A DNA stretch of 64,000 nucleotides from the NCBI GenBank assembly GCA_038063915.1, contig JBBTUE010000001.1:23619-87618 (forward strand). Reading direction: 5' to 3'. Shown here one piece after another: positions 28,728-38,741 of this stretch. The first letter of the stretch is position 1. Each line of letters begins with the position of its first letter. The DNA comes from Patescibacteria group bacterium (GTDB taxonomy: Bacteria > Patescibacteriota > Minisyncoccia > Phycocordibacterales > UBA9973). The notes below the pieces were generated by a model, which saw only the letters and a list, made by a program, of their open reading frames with translations, searched no databases and was not told the DNA's origin. The translations under genes were made by a program, and so were the position numbers.

Positions 28728-29141
28728 GTGCAATTTAAAGTTCCACAATTTATCGATATTGAGGACAAACTTTTTGGTCCTTTCACTTTTCGACAATTCG
28801 TATATATGGTTGGTGGGGGAGGAATGATATTTGTGATTTACAGAACACTACCTCTTTGGATTGGAATTTTTATAATTTTACCTGTTGCTGGGCTCACTCT
28901 TCTATTAACTTTCTACAAAATCAATACGAAGCCTTTTATATACTATCTCCAAGCAGCGATAAACTATCTAGTATCGAGCAAGCTATACATATGGAAACAA
29001 CGATTAGTAAAGCCAGGCTCTGAACAAGAAGAGTCTGCTAATGCTCTGCAGCCTACCTCTGTCGTGCCTATCTTGTCGTCCAACTCCCTAAAAGATCTTT
29101 CGTGGAGTTTAGATATACAAGAAAAAGATACTAATAGTTAG
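28728..29141 (+). CDS. PrgI-family (VirB3-like) membrane protein
   Basis: QFKVPQFIDIEDKLFGPFTFRQF then two TMs. Confidence 0.85.
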   Translation: MQFKVPQFIDIEDKLFGPFTFRQFVYMVGGGGMIFVIYRTLPLWIGIFIILPVAGLTLLLTFYKINTKPFIYYLQAAINYLVSSKLYIWKQRLVKPGSEQEESANALQPTSVVPILSSNSLKDLSWSLDIQEKDTNS

Positions 29142-29167
29142 AAATTAATATATGATATAATGCTTTT

Positions 29168-29815
29168 ATGGCAATCAATGCTCGTGCTGCTCAGGATTTC
29201 GTACCAATTAAAGAGATTCGTAATGGCGTCATAATACTCAAAGATGGCGGGTTTCGAGCAATCTTAATCGCTTCATCTATCAATCTATCTCTAAAATCTG
29301 CTGACGAGCAGAGTGCAATTATCAATCAATTTCAATCATTCTTGAATGGTTTAGATTTTTCTACCCAGATAGTCGTCCAATCAAGAAGGCTAGACATAAG
29401 ACCTTATCTTCTGACTCTAGAAGCTAGAGAGAAAGAGCAGACTGAAAAACTTTTGAAAATACAGACGAAGGAATACATAGATTTTATAAGAGCTTTCACT
29501 GACCAAGTAAATATAATGACCAAGACATTCTTCATCGTGGTACCATATAGCCCGACAATTATGAAGTCAAGTGAAGGTATTGTCGACAGATTGATAGGCG
29601 GTGGCCAAAAGAAACAAATTGAAAATACTAAAAAGGCTTTAGATATGGCAAGTTTTGAAGAGAAGCGTAGCCAACTCGACCAGAGAGTCGGAGTCATCAT
29701 ATCTGGACTTGGCGGACTTGGTATACGTAGCACTCAGTTGAAAACCGAAGAGATAGTCGAGCTTTTCTACAAGACATTTAATCCTGGAGATATTAGTCAG
29801 GGTATGAAATTATAA
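29168..29815 (+). CDS. TraC/VirB4 N-terminal-like protein
   Basis: IKEIRNGVIILKDG...INLSLKSADEQ...FLNGLDFSTQI; between PrgI and VirB4 ATPase. Confidence 0.7.
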   Translation: MAINARAAQDFVPIKEIRNGVIILKDGGFRAILIASSINLSLKSADEQSAIINQFQSFLNGLDFSTQIVVQSRRLDIRPYLLTLEAREKEQTEKLLKIQTKEYIDFIRAFTDQVNIMTKTFFIVVPYSPTIMKSSEGIVDRLIGGGQKKQIENTKKALDMASFEEKRSQLDQRVGVIISGLGGLGIRSTQLKTEEIVELFYKTFNPGDISQGMKL

Positions 29816-29816
29816 T

Positions 29817-31655
29817 ATGGGGATTTTCTCTAAAATTTTTGGTGGTAGTAATGTATCTCGAGCAAAGAGTACTCTTGTGATGCCTGTTATCCCTTCTGAA
29901 ATATATAGAGCGGCAACTCTTGAACTCCAAGACATCATCGCGCCTTCGGCTCTTGAAATTACCCCGAAGGGTATCAATCTCGGAGACAAAATTGCTCGTA
30001 CATTTTTTGTTATTTCATACCCAAGATATCTGACCGATAACTGGTTTTCGCCGATTATTAATCTTGATAAAGTTTTTGACGTTTCTATATTTATTCACCC
30101 TATCGACACTTCGGATATATTACGATCTTTCCAAAAGAAAGTAGCCGAGGTTCAAAGTCAGATATCTATCCGCGAATCAAAAGGCCTTGTTCGTGACCCA
30201 ATGCTTGATACTGCCTATCGTGACTTGGAAAGCCTGCGTGATAACTTGATGCAAGCCCAAGAGAAAATGTTTGATGTCGGCTTATACATCACTATCTATG
30301 CAGACAACGAGAACGATTTATTCAAAACTGAAAGTGAGATCAAGTCATTACTTGAATCAAAGCTTATATATTTAAAACCTGCATTGTTCCAGCAAGACGA
30401 GGGGTTTAAAAGTATTATTCCTCTCGGCACAGATTTGCTTGGGATACATCAAAAGCTCAATACTGAGCCACTCTCTAGCTTATTTCCATTCGTATCTTTT
30501 GACCTGACCTCTGATAAGGGTATTTTATACGGGGTAAATCGTCACAATTCTAGCCTTATAATATTTGATAGATTCTCTCTACCAAACTACAACTCCATCA
30601 CTTTTGCAACGTCGGGCGCTGGTAAATCTTATGCCACCAAGCTCGAAATTATACGCACGCTCATGTTTGATACCGAAGTAATAGTCATCGACCCAGAACG
30701 CGAGTACGAATATTTATCTGAAGCTGTTGGTGGTAGATACTTTAATATCGCACTTTCTTCTGACCACCATATCAATCCTTTTGACCTGCCTATACCGAGC
30801 TCTGACGAGACTCCAGCTGACGTGCTTCGGGCAAACACTATAAACTTGGTGGGGCTATTCCGGATAATGCTCGGAGGTCTCACTCCAGAAGAAGATTCTA
30901 TTATCGACCGCGCCATCACTGAAACCTATGCTCTTAAAGACATCACTGCTGATTCTAACTTTGCAAATATTGAACCGCCACTTCTCACAGACTTTGAAAT
31001 GGTGTTGGCTGGCATGGAAGGAAGTGGATCTCTCATTCAACGTTTGGCGAAATTTACTCACGGCTCTTGGGCTTCATTCCTCAACCAAGCATCAAATGTA
31101 GACATCAATCGTAAATTCGTCGTCTTCTCAGTGCGAGACATGGAAGACGAGCTCAAACCTGTAGCCATGTATATCGTGACTCATTATATATGGAATGCGA
31201 TTAGAAAAAATATAAAGAAAAGATTACTCGTAGTAGACGAGGCGTGGTGGATGATGAAATCAGAAGATACTGCCTCATTCCTATACTCTATTGCAAAGAG
31301 AGGACGTAAATACTACCTCGGGCTTGCCACTATCACCCAAGACGTAGGGGACTTCATGAAAAGCCCTTATGGAGTGCCAATTGTCACCAACTCGTCGATT
31401 CAACTATTGTTAAAACAGTCACCTTCGACTGTCGACGTACTACAGAAAACTTTTAATTTAACAGACGAAGAAAAATACCTACTTCTTGAAGCAAATGTCG
31501 GAGAGGGGATATTCTTTGCTGGGCTCAAACACGTAGCAGTGAAGACTATCGCATCATATACTGAGGACCAGATTATAACCTCCGATCCATCACAAATCCT
31601 TGCTATCAAGAAAGCAAAGGACGACTTGGCGGCAACAGAAGCAGTAAAACCTTAG
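29817..31655 (+). CDS. VirB4-like type IV secretion ATPase
   Basis: Walker A ATSGAGKS, IDPEREY, INPFD, Walker B LLVVDEAW, KRGRKY...ITQ. Confidence 0.9.
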   Translation: MGIFSKIFGGSNVSRAKSTLVMPVIPSEIYRAATLELQDIIAPSALEITPKGINLGDKIARTFFVISYPRYLTDNWFSPIINLDKVFDVSIFIHPIDTSDILRSFQKKVAEVQSQISIRESKGLVRDPMLDTAYRDLESLRDNLMQAQEKMFDVGLYITIYADNENDLFKTESEIKSLLESKLIYLKPALFQQDEGFKSIIPLGTDLLGIHQKLNTEPLSSLFPFVSFDLTSDKGILYGVNRHNSSLIIFDRFSLPNYNSITFATSGAGKSYATKLEIIRTLMFDTEVIVIDPEREYEYLSEAVGGRYFNIALSSDHHINPFDLPIPSSDETPADVLRANTINLVGLFRIMLGGLTPEEDSIIDRAITETYALKDITADSNFANIEPPLLTDFEMVLAGMEGSGSLIQRLAKFTHGSWASFLNQASNVDINRKFVVFSVRDMEDELKPVAMYIVTHYIWNAIRKNIKKRLLVVDEAWWMMKSEDTASFLYSIAKRGRKYYLGLATITQDVGDFMKSPYGVPIVTNSSIQLLLKQSPSTVDVLQKTFNLTDEEKYLLLEANVGEGIFFAGLKHVAVKTIASYTEDQIITSDPSQILAIKKAKDDLAATEAVKP

Positions 31656-31697
31656 TAAAAATTGGCAATCTTCCCCTAGTTATCATATAATATAGAG

Positions 31698-32687
31698 GTG
31701 ATACTATCTCGAGGAAAAATCTTATTCGGTCTGCTTTTTTCGCTAAGTGTATTATTTACACCAGGAATAGGAAGTGCAGCATCGGAAATAGGGCTACAAA
31801 GTGGTGATATTGAAGTAGAGACAATACCAGAGAACCCAGAGCCATATCAAGACGTCACTATCAACTTAACTAGCTTTGCAACTGACTTGAATAAGGCTAC
31901 TATCGTCTGGCAAAGTGGCGGACGTACAGTTCTATCTGGAATAGGCCGTACTAGTTATTCATTTAAGGCGCTTGGACCAAATATAACTATAACCTTGGAC
32001 GTAAGCATAACTCCACCCAACTCTACTGATAAAGTTACAAAAAGAATCTCTATTAACCCCTCCGAGATAGATATACTATGGGAAGGGATTGACTCTTATA
32101 CTCCACCATTTTACAAAGGTAAATCATTCGTATCTAGCGGTGGAATGATCAAAGTAGTCGCTCTCCCAACTACAAGCACAAGTGGTAGAACCAATGCTAC
32201 GTATAGTTGGAAAAATAACGACAACGCAGTATTAAATGCTTCTGGGTACAATAAAGATTCTTACATCTTTGTAAACGATGAATTAAACACCAGAGAGAAC
32301 ATATCAGTCACTGCTTCAACTGTGAACGGGAGTTATAATGCAACCAAAAATTTAAATATCCCGATAGTAAATCCAAAAATTATTTTTTATAAGAAATCTC
32401 CAACCGAAGGAGTATTGTACAACAAAGCACTTATAAATGAGACATTTATAAGTGAAGACGAATTTACTTTAGTAGCTGTGCCTTACTTTTTGTCACTAAA
32501 AGGAAACGAGAACGACTTTAGTTATAAGTGGCAAATAAACGGGGAAGGGATAGAAACTCCTTCCAGAAAAACCGAGCTTACTGTACGCCCATCATCCAAA
32601 GGGGGGTATGCAACTATTAGCTTAGTATTAGAAAATTTAAACGCCTTTTTCCAAAAGGCGAGCGGACAGATAAAGATAAACTTATAG
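31698..32687 (+). CDS. Secreted beta-sandwich (Ig-like) hypothetical protein
   Basis: Signal peptide; repeated Y-x-W beta-strand patterns; YTPPFYKGK. Confidence 0.7.
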   Translation: MILSRGKILFGLLFSLSVLFTPGIGSAASEIGLQSGDIEVETIPENPEPYQDVTINLTSFATDLNKATIVWQSGGRTVLSGIGRTSYSFKALGPNITITLDVSITPPNSTDKVTKRISINPSEIDILWEGIDSYTPPFYKGKSFVSSGGMIKVVALPTTSTSGRTNATYSWKNNDNAVLNASGYNKDSYIFVNDELNTRENISVTASTVNGSYNATKNLNIPIVNPKIIFYKKSPTEGVLYNKALINETFISEDEFTLVAVPYFLSLKGNENDFSYKWQINGEGIETPSRKTELTVRPSSKGGYATISLVLENLNAFFQKASGQIKINL

Positions 32688-32688
32688 T

Positions 32689-35337
32689 ATGAAAAAATTA
32701 TACGGATACATTTTAATAGTAATACTCCTCTTGACTTCAATTCTACCACTCACTACTAGCGCGATAGTTAAGGGAAGTATTAATTTTTCTCAAATCACTT
32801 CAGATCTAAGTGGTGAATATACTCTCAATAATAAAATCTTAAGTTTTAAAGTAGCAAACAAGGCAGTAAATGGAACATACAAATCAGTCACGTATTCGCT
32901 GATCGTGCGAGTCGCTAAATCCCCAGTCAAAAACGGGACATACGAGTTTGTAACCCAGAAAGGGTCTGTGTCCGAACCCCTTTATATATCAAATTCTGAG
33001 GAAGCGAATTCAGGATATAAATCAAATAATAGATTGGCGGAGGGGCAGTTTGATAATATTGTTGATGGTAAATATTTTTTGGTTATTCAAGTAGTAAATA
33101 AGTTCCAAACAAAATATGATGGTACTAACGATACTGTAGATATAAATAAGAACGTACAGTCTAGTGAGATAACCGTGCCGGAACCAGCAAATACTGCCAT
33201 AAATCCAATCCTTTCAGTCACTGCAGTAACTACTGATAAAACAATCCAAGTTTCAGTTAGTTACGATACGAAGATTGATACCTCAGTTGATGGCATCTCA
33301 GGAGTTATCACTGGTAACGTGGTTGGTATGGGAGGTGGAGCTTATACCCAAGTACTTGACCCAACTTTTAACCCCAAAGATGGGAGAGTGGGCGCAACTG
33401 GTAAAAAAACATTTGGATTTGCAGAAATAGCTAATTTAACTCCAAACATAAAGTATACAGTTACTGTAACAGCAAAAGCAGGGACTGTAACAAAATATAC
33501 AAAGACTGCTAACTTTACGACAAAGAAAGCAACTGTGGTGACAAGCCCACCGGTTACTAATAACGGGGACCAGACTGGGAACCAAAATACTAATCCACCG
33601 ATAAAGGATACAAACAATCAGGACCAAGCTACTACTTTTGATCCTAAAAAAGATACTCCGGTTGATAACAATTCATACACACTACTCGCTCCAATAGGTG
33701 GGGTAGATAAAGTTCCAATAAACGATATTGGTAGTTATTTTAACATCATCTTCCAAATAGCTATCGGCATATGTGGCGCGTTAGCAGTGGTAATGATAGT
33801 TATCGGCGGAGTGCAGTATATGGGGACTGAATCAGTATTTGGTAAGACAGAAGCCAAAGGACAGATAGTGAAGGCAATTTTAGGGCTTTTGATAGCACTA
33901 GGCGCATATGCACTGTTGAATACCATTAGCCCTGCTCTGACGGGGAAAGGGGGGCTGACATTGGCCACGGTAAACGTATCAATTATGGACACTGTTGACG
34001 TACCCGAAGGAGGTGATATAGATGAAGTAATTACTGACGAGCAAGTTAAAAGTGGAAAACTACCTGGTATTAAGTGTGCCTCTGGATCACCTTCAAATGG
34101 TTTTTGTATGTTTGGCACGATAGATAATCCAAAACCGACTGGAGAAATACCAGCATTGGTTGATTTTTTGAAAAAAAATCCAAATCAGAGAATAACCCAA
34201 ATAGATATAATACACAAAAATAAAGTCGAAAAGTTTGTTTTCACTTTGAGTGATGGTTCTAAATACGCTACTATGGGTATAGGGCATGGTCCAGGCAACC
34301 AAAAATCAACCATGGACTGGAAATTTTCTGAACAAGGAAAAGAATACAGTGGTGACATGAAAACCCCTATAAGAACGTGGACAATTATTAATAAAGATAG
34401 AGCGAAAAACCAAAATACTGTAATAAGAAGTACTCGTAAAGGTAAAGATGGCCTTGGTTACAGTATGGGTGGAGCAAAGTTCAACCTTAATTATAGAGGA
34501 ATCGCAATACACTCGAACAGGAAAAATAGTCAGGGAACTTCAGCGGGTTGTATATTAATGTATAACGACGACTTGTTTGCACTTTATCCTTACATAAAAA
34601 CAAATGGTAGTATTAAGGTTGTGACTACCACTACAGATACATACCCTGGGAGTACTTACACAAATCCTAGTACAAATACGAATACAAACATCGGCGCTAG
34701 TTCCCAGAAATTATGTACCGATGTGGCTAGTTGTCAAAAGTTGTGCACTTCAACTAACAATGGAAACTCATACACCGGTAATCCCCCAGGAGTTCTAGAC
34801 CCAAATAGCACAACTGCATTAACTGGTATTCCCCTTGTTGAAGCTCGGTGTAAAGACTGTAACAATGTAATACCGAGAGGATCGCCTCAAGTCATTGCAG
34901 CTCTAAAGAAAATCGAACCAGCAGTTAAGGAATTAATTAGTAAAAATGAGATACCGAACCGAAAATATAATTTTAGGGTATATTCTGCATATCGATCAGC
35001 CAAAGACCAAATACGAGTTATGTGTATTAACCCAAAGACAGGTGGGACAAACACTGTCACACAAGCTGATTTAGGAAACCTATACGCCTACCCAGCAACA
35101 AGTAACCATGGCACTGGTACTGCTGTTGACTTCAAATTCTACTTTGATAATACAGAAGTATTCAACTATGGAGCTACAAGAAGCGAGGGGAGTATAGAAA
35201 AAATTATGGACAAAGCTGGTCTTCAAAGACTTATCGGGGAATCATGGCACTTCCAAACAAATAGTAGCTCAAAAACATGCAAGTACCCTAGTTGCCCTGC
35301 ACCTAAATATGAGATAGATACTACCCTCGAAGTTTAA
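32689..35337 (+). CDS. Multidomain protein: FN3-like region, TrbC/VirB2-like pilin TM hairpin, L,D-transpeptidase-like domain, M15 Zn peptidase
   Basis: AVVMIVIGGVQYM...GLLIALGAYALLNTISP (pilin); KTP...IAIHS...TSAGCILM (YkuD-like); SAYRS...SNHGTGTAVDF...ESWHF (M15). Confidence 0.75.
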   Translation: MKKLYGYILIVILLLTSILPLTTSAIVKGSINFSQITSDLSGEYTLNNKILSFKVANKAVNGTYKSVTYSLIVRVAKSPVKNGTYEFVTQKGSVSEPLYISNSEEANSGYKSNNRLAEGQFDNIVDGKYFLVIQVVNKFQTKYDGTNDTVDINKNVQSSEITVPEPANTAINPILSVTAVTTDKTIQVSVSYDTKIDTSVDGISGVITGNVVGMGGGAYTQVLDPTFNPKDGRVGATGKKTFGFAEIANLTPNIKYTVTVTAKAGTVTKYTKTANFTTKKATVVTSPPVTNNGDQTGNQNTNPPIKDTNNQDQATTFDPKKDTPVDNNSYTLLAPIGGVDKVPINDIGSYFNIIFQIAIGICGALAVVMIVIGGVQYMGTESVFGKTEAKGQIVKAILGLLIALGAYALLNTISPALTGKGGLTLATVNVSIMDTVDVPEGGDIDEVITDEQVKSGKLPGIKCASGSPSNGFCMFGTIDNPKPTGEIPALVDFLKKNPNQRITQIDIIHKNKVEKFVFTLSDGSKYATMGIGHGPGNQKSTMDWKFSEQGKEYSGDMKTPIRTWTIINKDRAKNQNTVIRSTRKGKDGLGYSMGGAKFNLNYRGIAIHSNRKNSQGTSAGCILMYNDDLFALYPYIKTNGSIKVVTTTTDTYPGSTYTNPSTNTNTNIGASSQKLCTDVASCQKLCTSTNNGNSYTGNPPGVLDPNSTTALTGIPLVEARCKDCNNVIPRGSPQVIAALKKIEPAVKELISKNEIPNRKYNFRVYSAYRSAKDQIRVMCINPKTGGTNTVTQADLGNLYAYPATSNHGTGTAVDFKFYFDNTEVFNYGATRSEGSIEKIMDKAGLQRLIGESWHFQTNSSSKTCKYPSCPAPKYEIDTTLEV

Positions 35338-35351
35338 CTTATAACAATAAT

Positions 35352-36683
35352 ATGCCAAGAAAAACAATAATCATTTTCATAACTGTATTTATCCTTATCG
35401 GTGGAGGGGTTCTTGGCTATTATTACTACACAAGTAAATCAGGAACTAATAATGGTAGTACAGATAGTACTGGATATAATCAATTTAATCCTTTTGGTAA
35501 CAACCAAGGGGCTGACTCTTCTTCAAATACAAACGGTGATCAAAACACCAGCGATACCATAGGGGGTAATGGGGAAGTAGTCGAAGATGGAGGGTTACCG
35601 CAGGTTTTAAAACTCCATAAAATAACAGACTTCGCAGTAGCGGGGGCAACATACTTTGAGGAAGAAAGGCTAATACCAGAAACGGTAGTGGCGGAACCTG
35701 AACAAGTAGTAGAACCTTCACCAAAAACTAAGGCTAAAATAGTAGTGAAGAAGCCTGTGGCGCCAAAATTTGAAATAGTTCCATCTCTACGTTATGTAGA
35801 GCGAGTGACTGGTCACATATACCAGATGTATTTGGACAACAAAGTTGAGAGTAAAATTTCGAACTCAACTATTCCAAGTATCTACGAAGCTACTTGGGAC
35901 AGTAAAGCTACTTCTGTTATTTACAGGTACTTAGCGGAAGATAATAAAACTATTAATAGTTTTATGGCTACTCTTGGTGGGGCAAAGGGAGAATTTTTGC
36001 CAACAAATATTACTAGTGTAAGCTTGTCACCAGATGGAACTAAATTCTTTTATTTAACTAAGGTCCCGGGAAGTGTGATTGGGTACACTAGAGCATTTGG
36101 TGAGGATAAAATATCAAAAGTTTTCAATTCTCCATTTTCTGAGTGGCTATCGCAGTGGGCATCCCCACAGAAAATATTTCTAACAACAAAACCTTCCTCT
36201 TCTGTAGGGGGTAGCCTTTTCATGTTAAATATAGGTACAGGTTCAATGTCAAAAGTACTTGGGGGAGTATTAGGCCTTACAACTCTAGCTAACCCTGATG
36301 GATCAGCCGTTCTATACAATTCTTCTACTTCATCGGGCCCAATGCTCCAAGTAATGAATATAGACAAGCATACAACCCTAGATATTTTCACTTATGGGTT
36401 ACCAGAGAAATGCATATGGAGTCTGGATAAAATTAATATTTATTGCGCAGTACCAAATGAAATTAGTGGTAAAGATTACCCGGATACTTGGTACCAAGGA
36501 AGGATATCTTTCGACGATCATTTTGTAAAAATAAATACAGAGACACAAAGTACGACAGAGATATTAGACTCGGTAAATGAAACTGCTGTTGATGCCACAA
36601 ATCTATTTCTAAGTAAAAAAGAGGACACACTATTTTTCATAAATAAAAAAGACTCCACCCTCTGGAGCCTAGACTTAAAATAA
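35352..36683 (+). CDS. Membrane-anchored beta-propeller-like hypothetical protein
   Basis: N-terminal TM, linker, YVERVTGHIY, SPDG repeats, KCIW...YCAVP, PDTWYQG. Confidence 0.75.
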   Translation: MPRKTIIIFITVFILIGGGVLGYYYYTSKSGTNNGSTDSTGYNQFNPFGNNQGADSSSNTNGDQNTSDTIGGNGEVVEDGGLPQVLKLHKITDFAVAGATYFEEERLIPETVVAEPEQVVEPSPKTKAKIVVKKPVAPKFEIVPSLRYVERVTGHIYQMYLDNKVESKISNSTIPSIYEATWDSKATSVIYRYLAEDNKTINSFMATLGGAKGEFLPTNITSVSLSPDGTKFFYLTKVPGSVIGYTRAFGEDKISKVFNSPFSEWLSQWASPQKIFLTTKPSSSVGGSLFMLNIGTGSMSKVLGGVLGLTTLANPDGSAVLYNSSTSSGPMLQVMNIDKHTTLDIFTYGLPEKCIWSLDKINIYCAVPNEISGKDYPDTWYQGRISFDDHFVKINTETQSTTEILDSVNETAVDATNLFLSKKEDTLFFINKKDSTLWSLDLK

Positions 36684-36684
36684 A

Positions 36685-37140
36685 TTACTGATTGATGTAT
36701 TTTATAACTACCCGACGAGTTGGGCCGTACCCTTCGGATTCTGTCTTTATATCCGTAGCTCCTTCTAGAAACATATGAATAATTCGACGCTCGTACGCTG
36801 GCATAGGATCAACTTCAATATTACTTTTAAAATACCTCGCACGTTCCGCCATCATATGAGCAATAGTTTTCAGACTATCAAAACGTTTTCTTTGATAGCC
36901 ATTCACGTCGATAAAAACCTTAGTTACTTCTTCTGGCAAAGAATCTTTCTCCGCTATCTTTTGAATTAGATGATTGAGTGATTTCAATGTCTCTCCGTCA
37001 CGACCTATCATAGCCCTTGAATCTGGAGTCTCTACCGCAAACCATAGCATCCCACCTTCCTCCTTAAATTCGCAACTCGAAATAGTGCAGTTTGTGTGTT
37101 TGAATATATCTTCTATAATTTTCTTTATTTTATCTTGCAT
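36685..37140 (-). CDS. jag: Jag/KhpB (EloR) KH + R3H RNA-binding protein
   Basis: MIGRDGETL KH; ERRIIH R3H; SEGYGPTRRVVI. Confidence 0.92.
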   Translation of the reverse strand: MQDKIKKIIEDIFKHTNCTISSCEFKEEGGMLWFAVETPDSRAMIGRDGETLKSLNHLIQKIAEKDSLPEEVTKVFIDVNGYQRKRFDSLKTIAHMMAERARYFKSNIEVDPMPAYERRIIHMFLEGATDIKTESEGYGPTRRVVIKYINQ

Positions 37141-37148
37141 AATAAGGG

Positions 37149-37889
37149 TTATATTGAATCTTTAGATAATTTCCTCCTGATGTACCACTCTTGTACGATA
37201 GTGAATATATTACTTGTAATCCAATACAACGCAACCCCAGCAGAGATTGTGTAGGCTATGAAAGCTATGAATATTGGCAATATGTATTTTATATTCATCT
37301 GCATACTTTCAGACATTTGTTCTTGGAATGTCTTTGGTTCATTTTTATCTACCTCTTTAACTATTTCAGTTTTTGGTTTTAAAGGAGATGCTAAATACCC
37401 TTGGATAAATTGAGATACTCCGGCTAGTATAGCGAGGGCTATACTTTTACTATGAACATCTATGAGCCCGAGGAAATTTGTGTGGGGGGCTACAGGAATT
37501 TGCATAAACGAATATAGTGGACCAGTTGATATATCTAAACCTTTATAAAAAACATAGTACAGTGCAAAAATAAATGGTAGCTGAAGAAGCACCACTAGAC
37601 ATCCTGAGAAGGGATTGACTCCATACTTTTTATATAATTGAAACGTTTGCTTAGCTTGCTCTTCTTTATTTGGAAACTCTTTTTTAATACGCTTTAGATC
37701 AGGTTCAATGCGCTTCATCAATATCTGACTTTTTATAGATTTCTTTGTGAGAGGGAAAAGGACAAGTTTGACTAAAATAGTGAGCAGTATTATAGCAAAC
37801 CCAACATCGCCAAAGGTTATGTTATTTATTATAAAAACTAGCCCGTTATAGATTGGTTGGTAGAAGACAGTATTCCAAATTGCTTGCAT
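37149..37889 (-). CDS. yidC: Membrane protein insertase YidC
   Basis: GFAIILLTILVKLVLFPL, YKKYGVNPFSGCL, GVALYWITSN; start MQAI. Confidence 0.95.
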   Translation of the reverse strand: MQAIWNTVFYQPIYNGLVFIINNITFGDVGFAIILLTILVKLVLFPLTKKSIKSQILMKRIEPDLKRIKKEFPNKEEQAKQTFQLYKKYGVNPFSGCLVVLLQLPFIFALYYVFYKGLDISTGPLYSFMQIPVAPHTNFLGLIDVHSKSIALAILAGVSQFIQGYLASPLKPKTEIVKEVDKNEPKTFQEQMSESMQMNIKYILPIFIAFIAYTISAGVALYWITSNIFTIVQEWYIRRKLSKDSI

Positions 37890-37931
37890 TGGTCTATTGT
37901 ATATCAAAAGGGTCTAAACCCAAAATATTAC

Positions 37932-38138
37932 TTACTTGAGCGGATCGTAGTGATTTTTTTGGAACGGATGGCAACGGCAAATCCTTATAAAACCTAGATA
38001 AATTCCCTTTATCGTACCGTATTTTAAGACGGCATCTTTTGTGTACTCCGAGCAGGTTGGAAGAAAAACACAGGAAGAATGCGACCGAAGAGGTGTTTTT
38101 TGATAGGTATTTACGAGCCAAATTATAATTTTAGTCAT
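37932..38138 (-). CDS. yidD: Membrane protein insertion efficiency factor
   Basis: CVFLPTCSEY...RICRCHPF...DP. Confidence 0.93.
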   Translation of the reverse strand: MTKIIIWLVNTYQKTPLRSHSSCVFLPTCSEYTKDAVLKYGTIKGIYLGFIRICRCHPFQKNHYDPLK

Positions 38139-38458
38139 TATTTAGGGTGGATTTTATCTATAATATCCGTAACGCCCTCTTTAATTTCCCTTAATTGGGC
38201 TAATTTAGCCTGTTTTTTAAAGAAAAATATACCAGCACATTGAGGCAGGGGTAATACTCTTAGACTATTATAGCCTTGTCTTCTAAGCTTATTTCTAGAA
38301 CTGGCCTCTTTGGCAATGGTTTTAGGCGCCACAAAAGCGTATTTGGGTTGTTTTTGGGATATATAGCGAAAGAGAAAAAGCGAATTAGACGCTGTCTTCC
38401 CAGTTTTCATGATGCTTTGGAAGAGTTCTTTGTCTATTCGCCTATTCTTAGGAAGCAT
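38138..38458 (-). CDS. rnpA: Ribonuclease P protein component
   Basis: MLPKNRRI, RNR-like RNKLRR, position between rpmH and yidD. Confidence 0.88.
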   Translation of the reverse strand: MLPKNRRIDKELFQSIMKTGKTASNSLFLFRYISQKQPKYAFVAPKTIAKEASSRNKLRRQGYNSLRVLPLPQCAGIFFFKKQAKLAQLREIKEGVTDIIDKIHPK

Positions 38459-38470
38459 GGCTTCTTTTTA

Positions 38471-38611
38471 CTACTTTTTAATAGACACTTTGGCACGACC
38501 CTTTCGGCGACGAGCTTGTGTGACTTTACGGCCAGAAGCCTTTTTTGAACGAGCAAGGAATCCATGGGTTTTAGCTCTTTTCCTTCTGTTTGGTTGGTAT
38601 GTTTGAGACAT
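38471..38611 (-). CDS. rpmH: 50S ribosomal protein L34
   Basis: Below ORF cutoff; [46 protein letters not shown]. Confidence 0.97.
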   Translation of the reverse strand: MSQTYQPNRRKRAKTHGFLARSKKASGRKVTQARRRKGRAKVSIKK

Positions 38612-38741
38612 AGAGAAAATATATACTATAATGCGCTATAATGCAATGTCCTCGTGGGTAAAAACATATCCACACATTATTAACAGGTTAATCCAGATAA
38701 CCAATTACTGTCGATTTATAAAACAGAGTATAATACGCACT

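Noticed and set aside
38631-38741. N-terminal extensions of dnaA (and similarly pnp, rsmA, pilB, rpsO) in the ORF track
   Set aside because: Upstream in-frame starts run through promoter sequence; downstream ATGs fit family N-termini.
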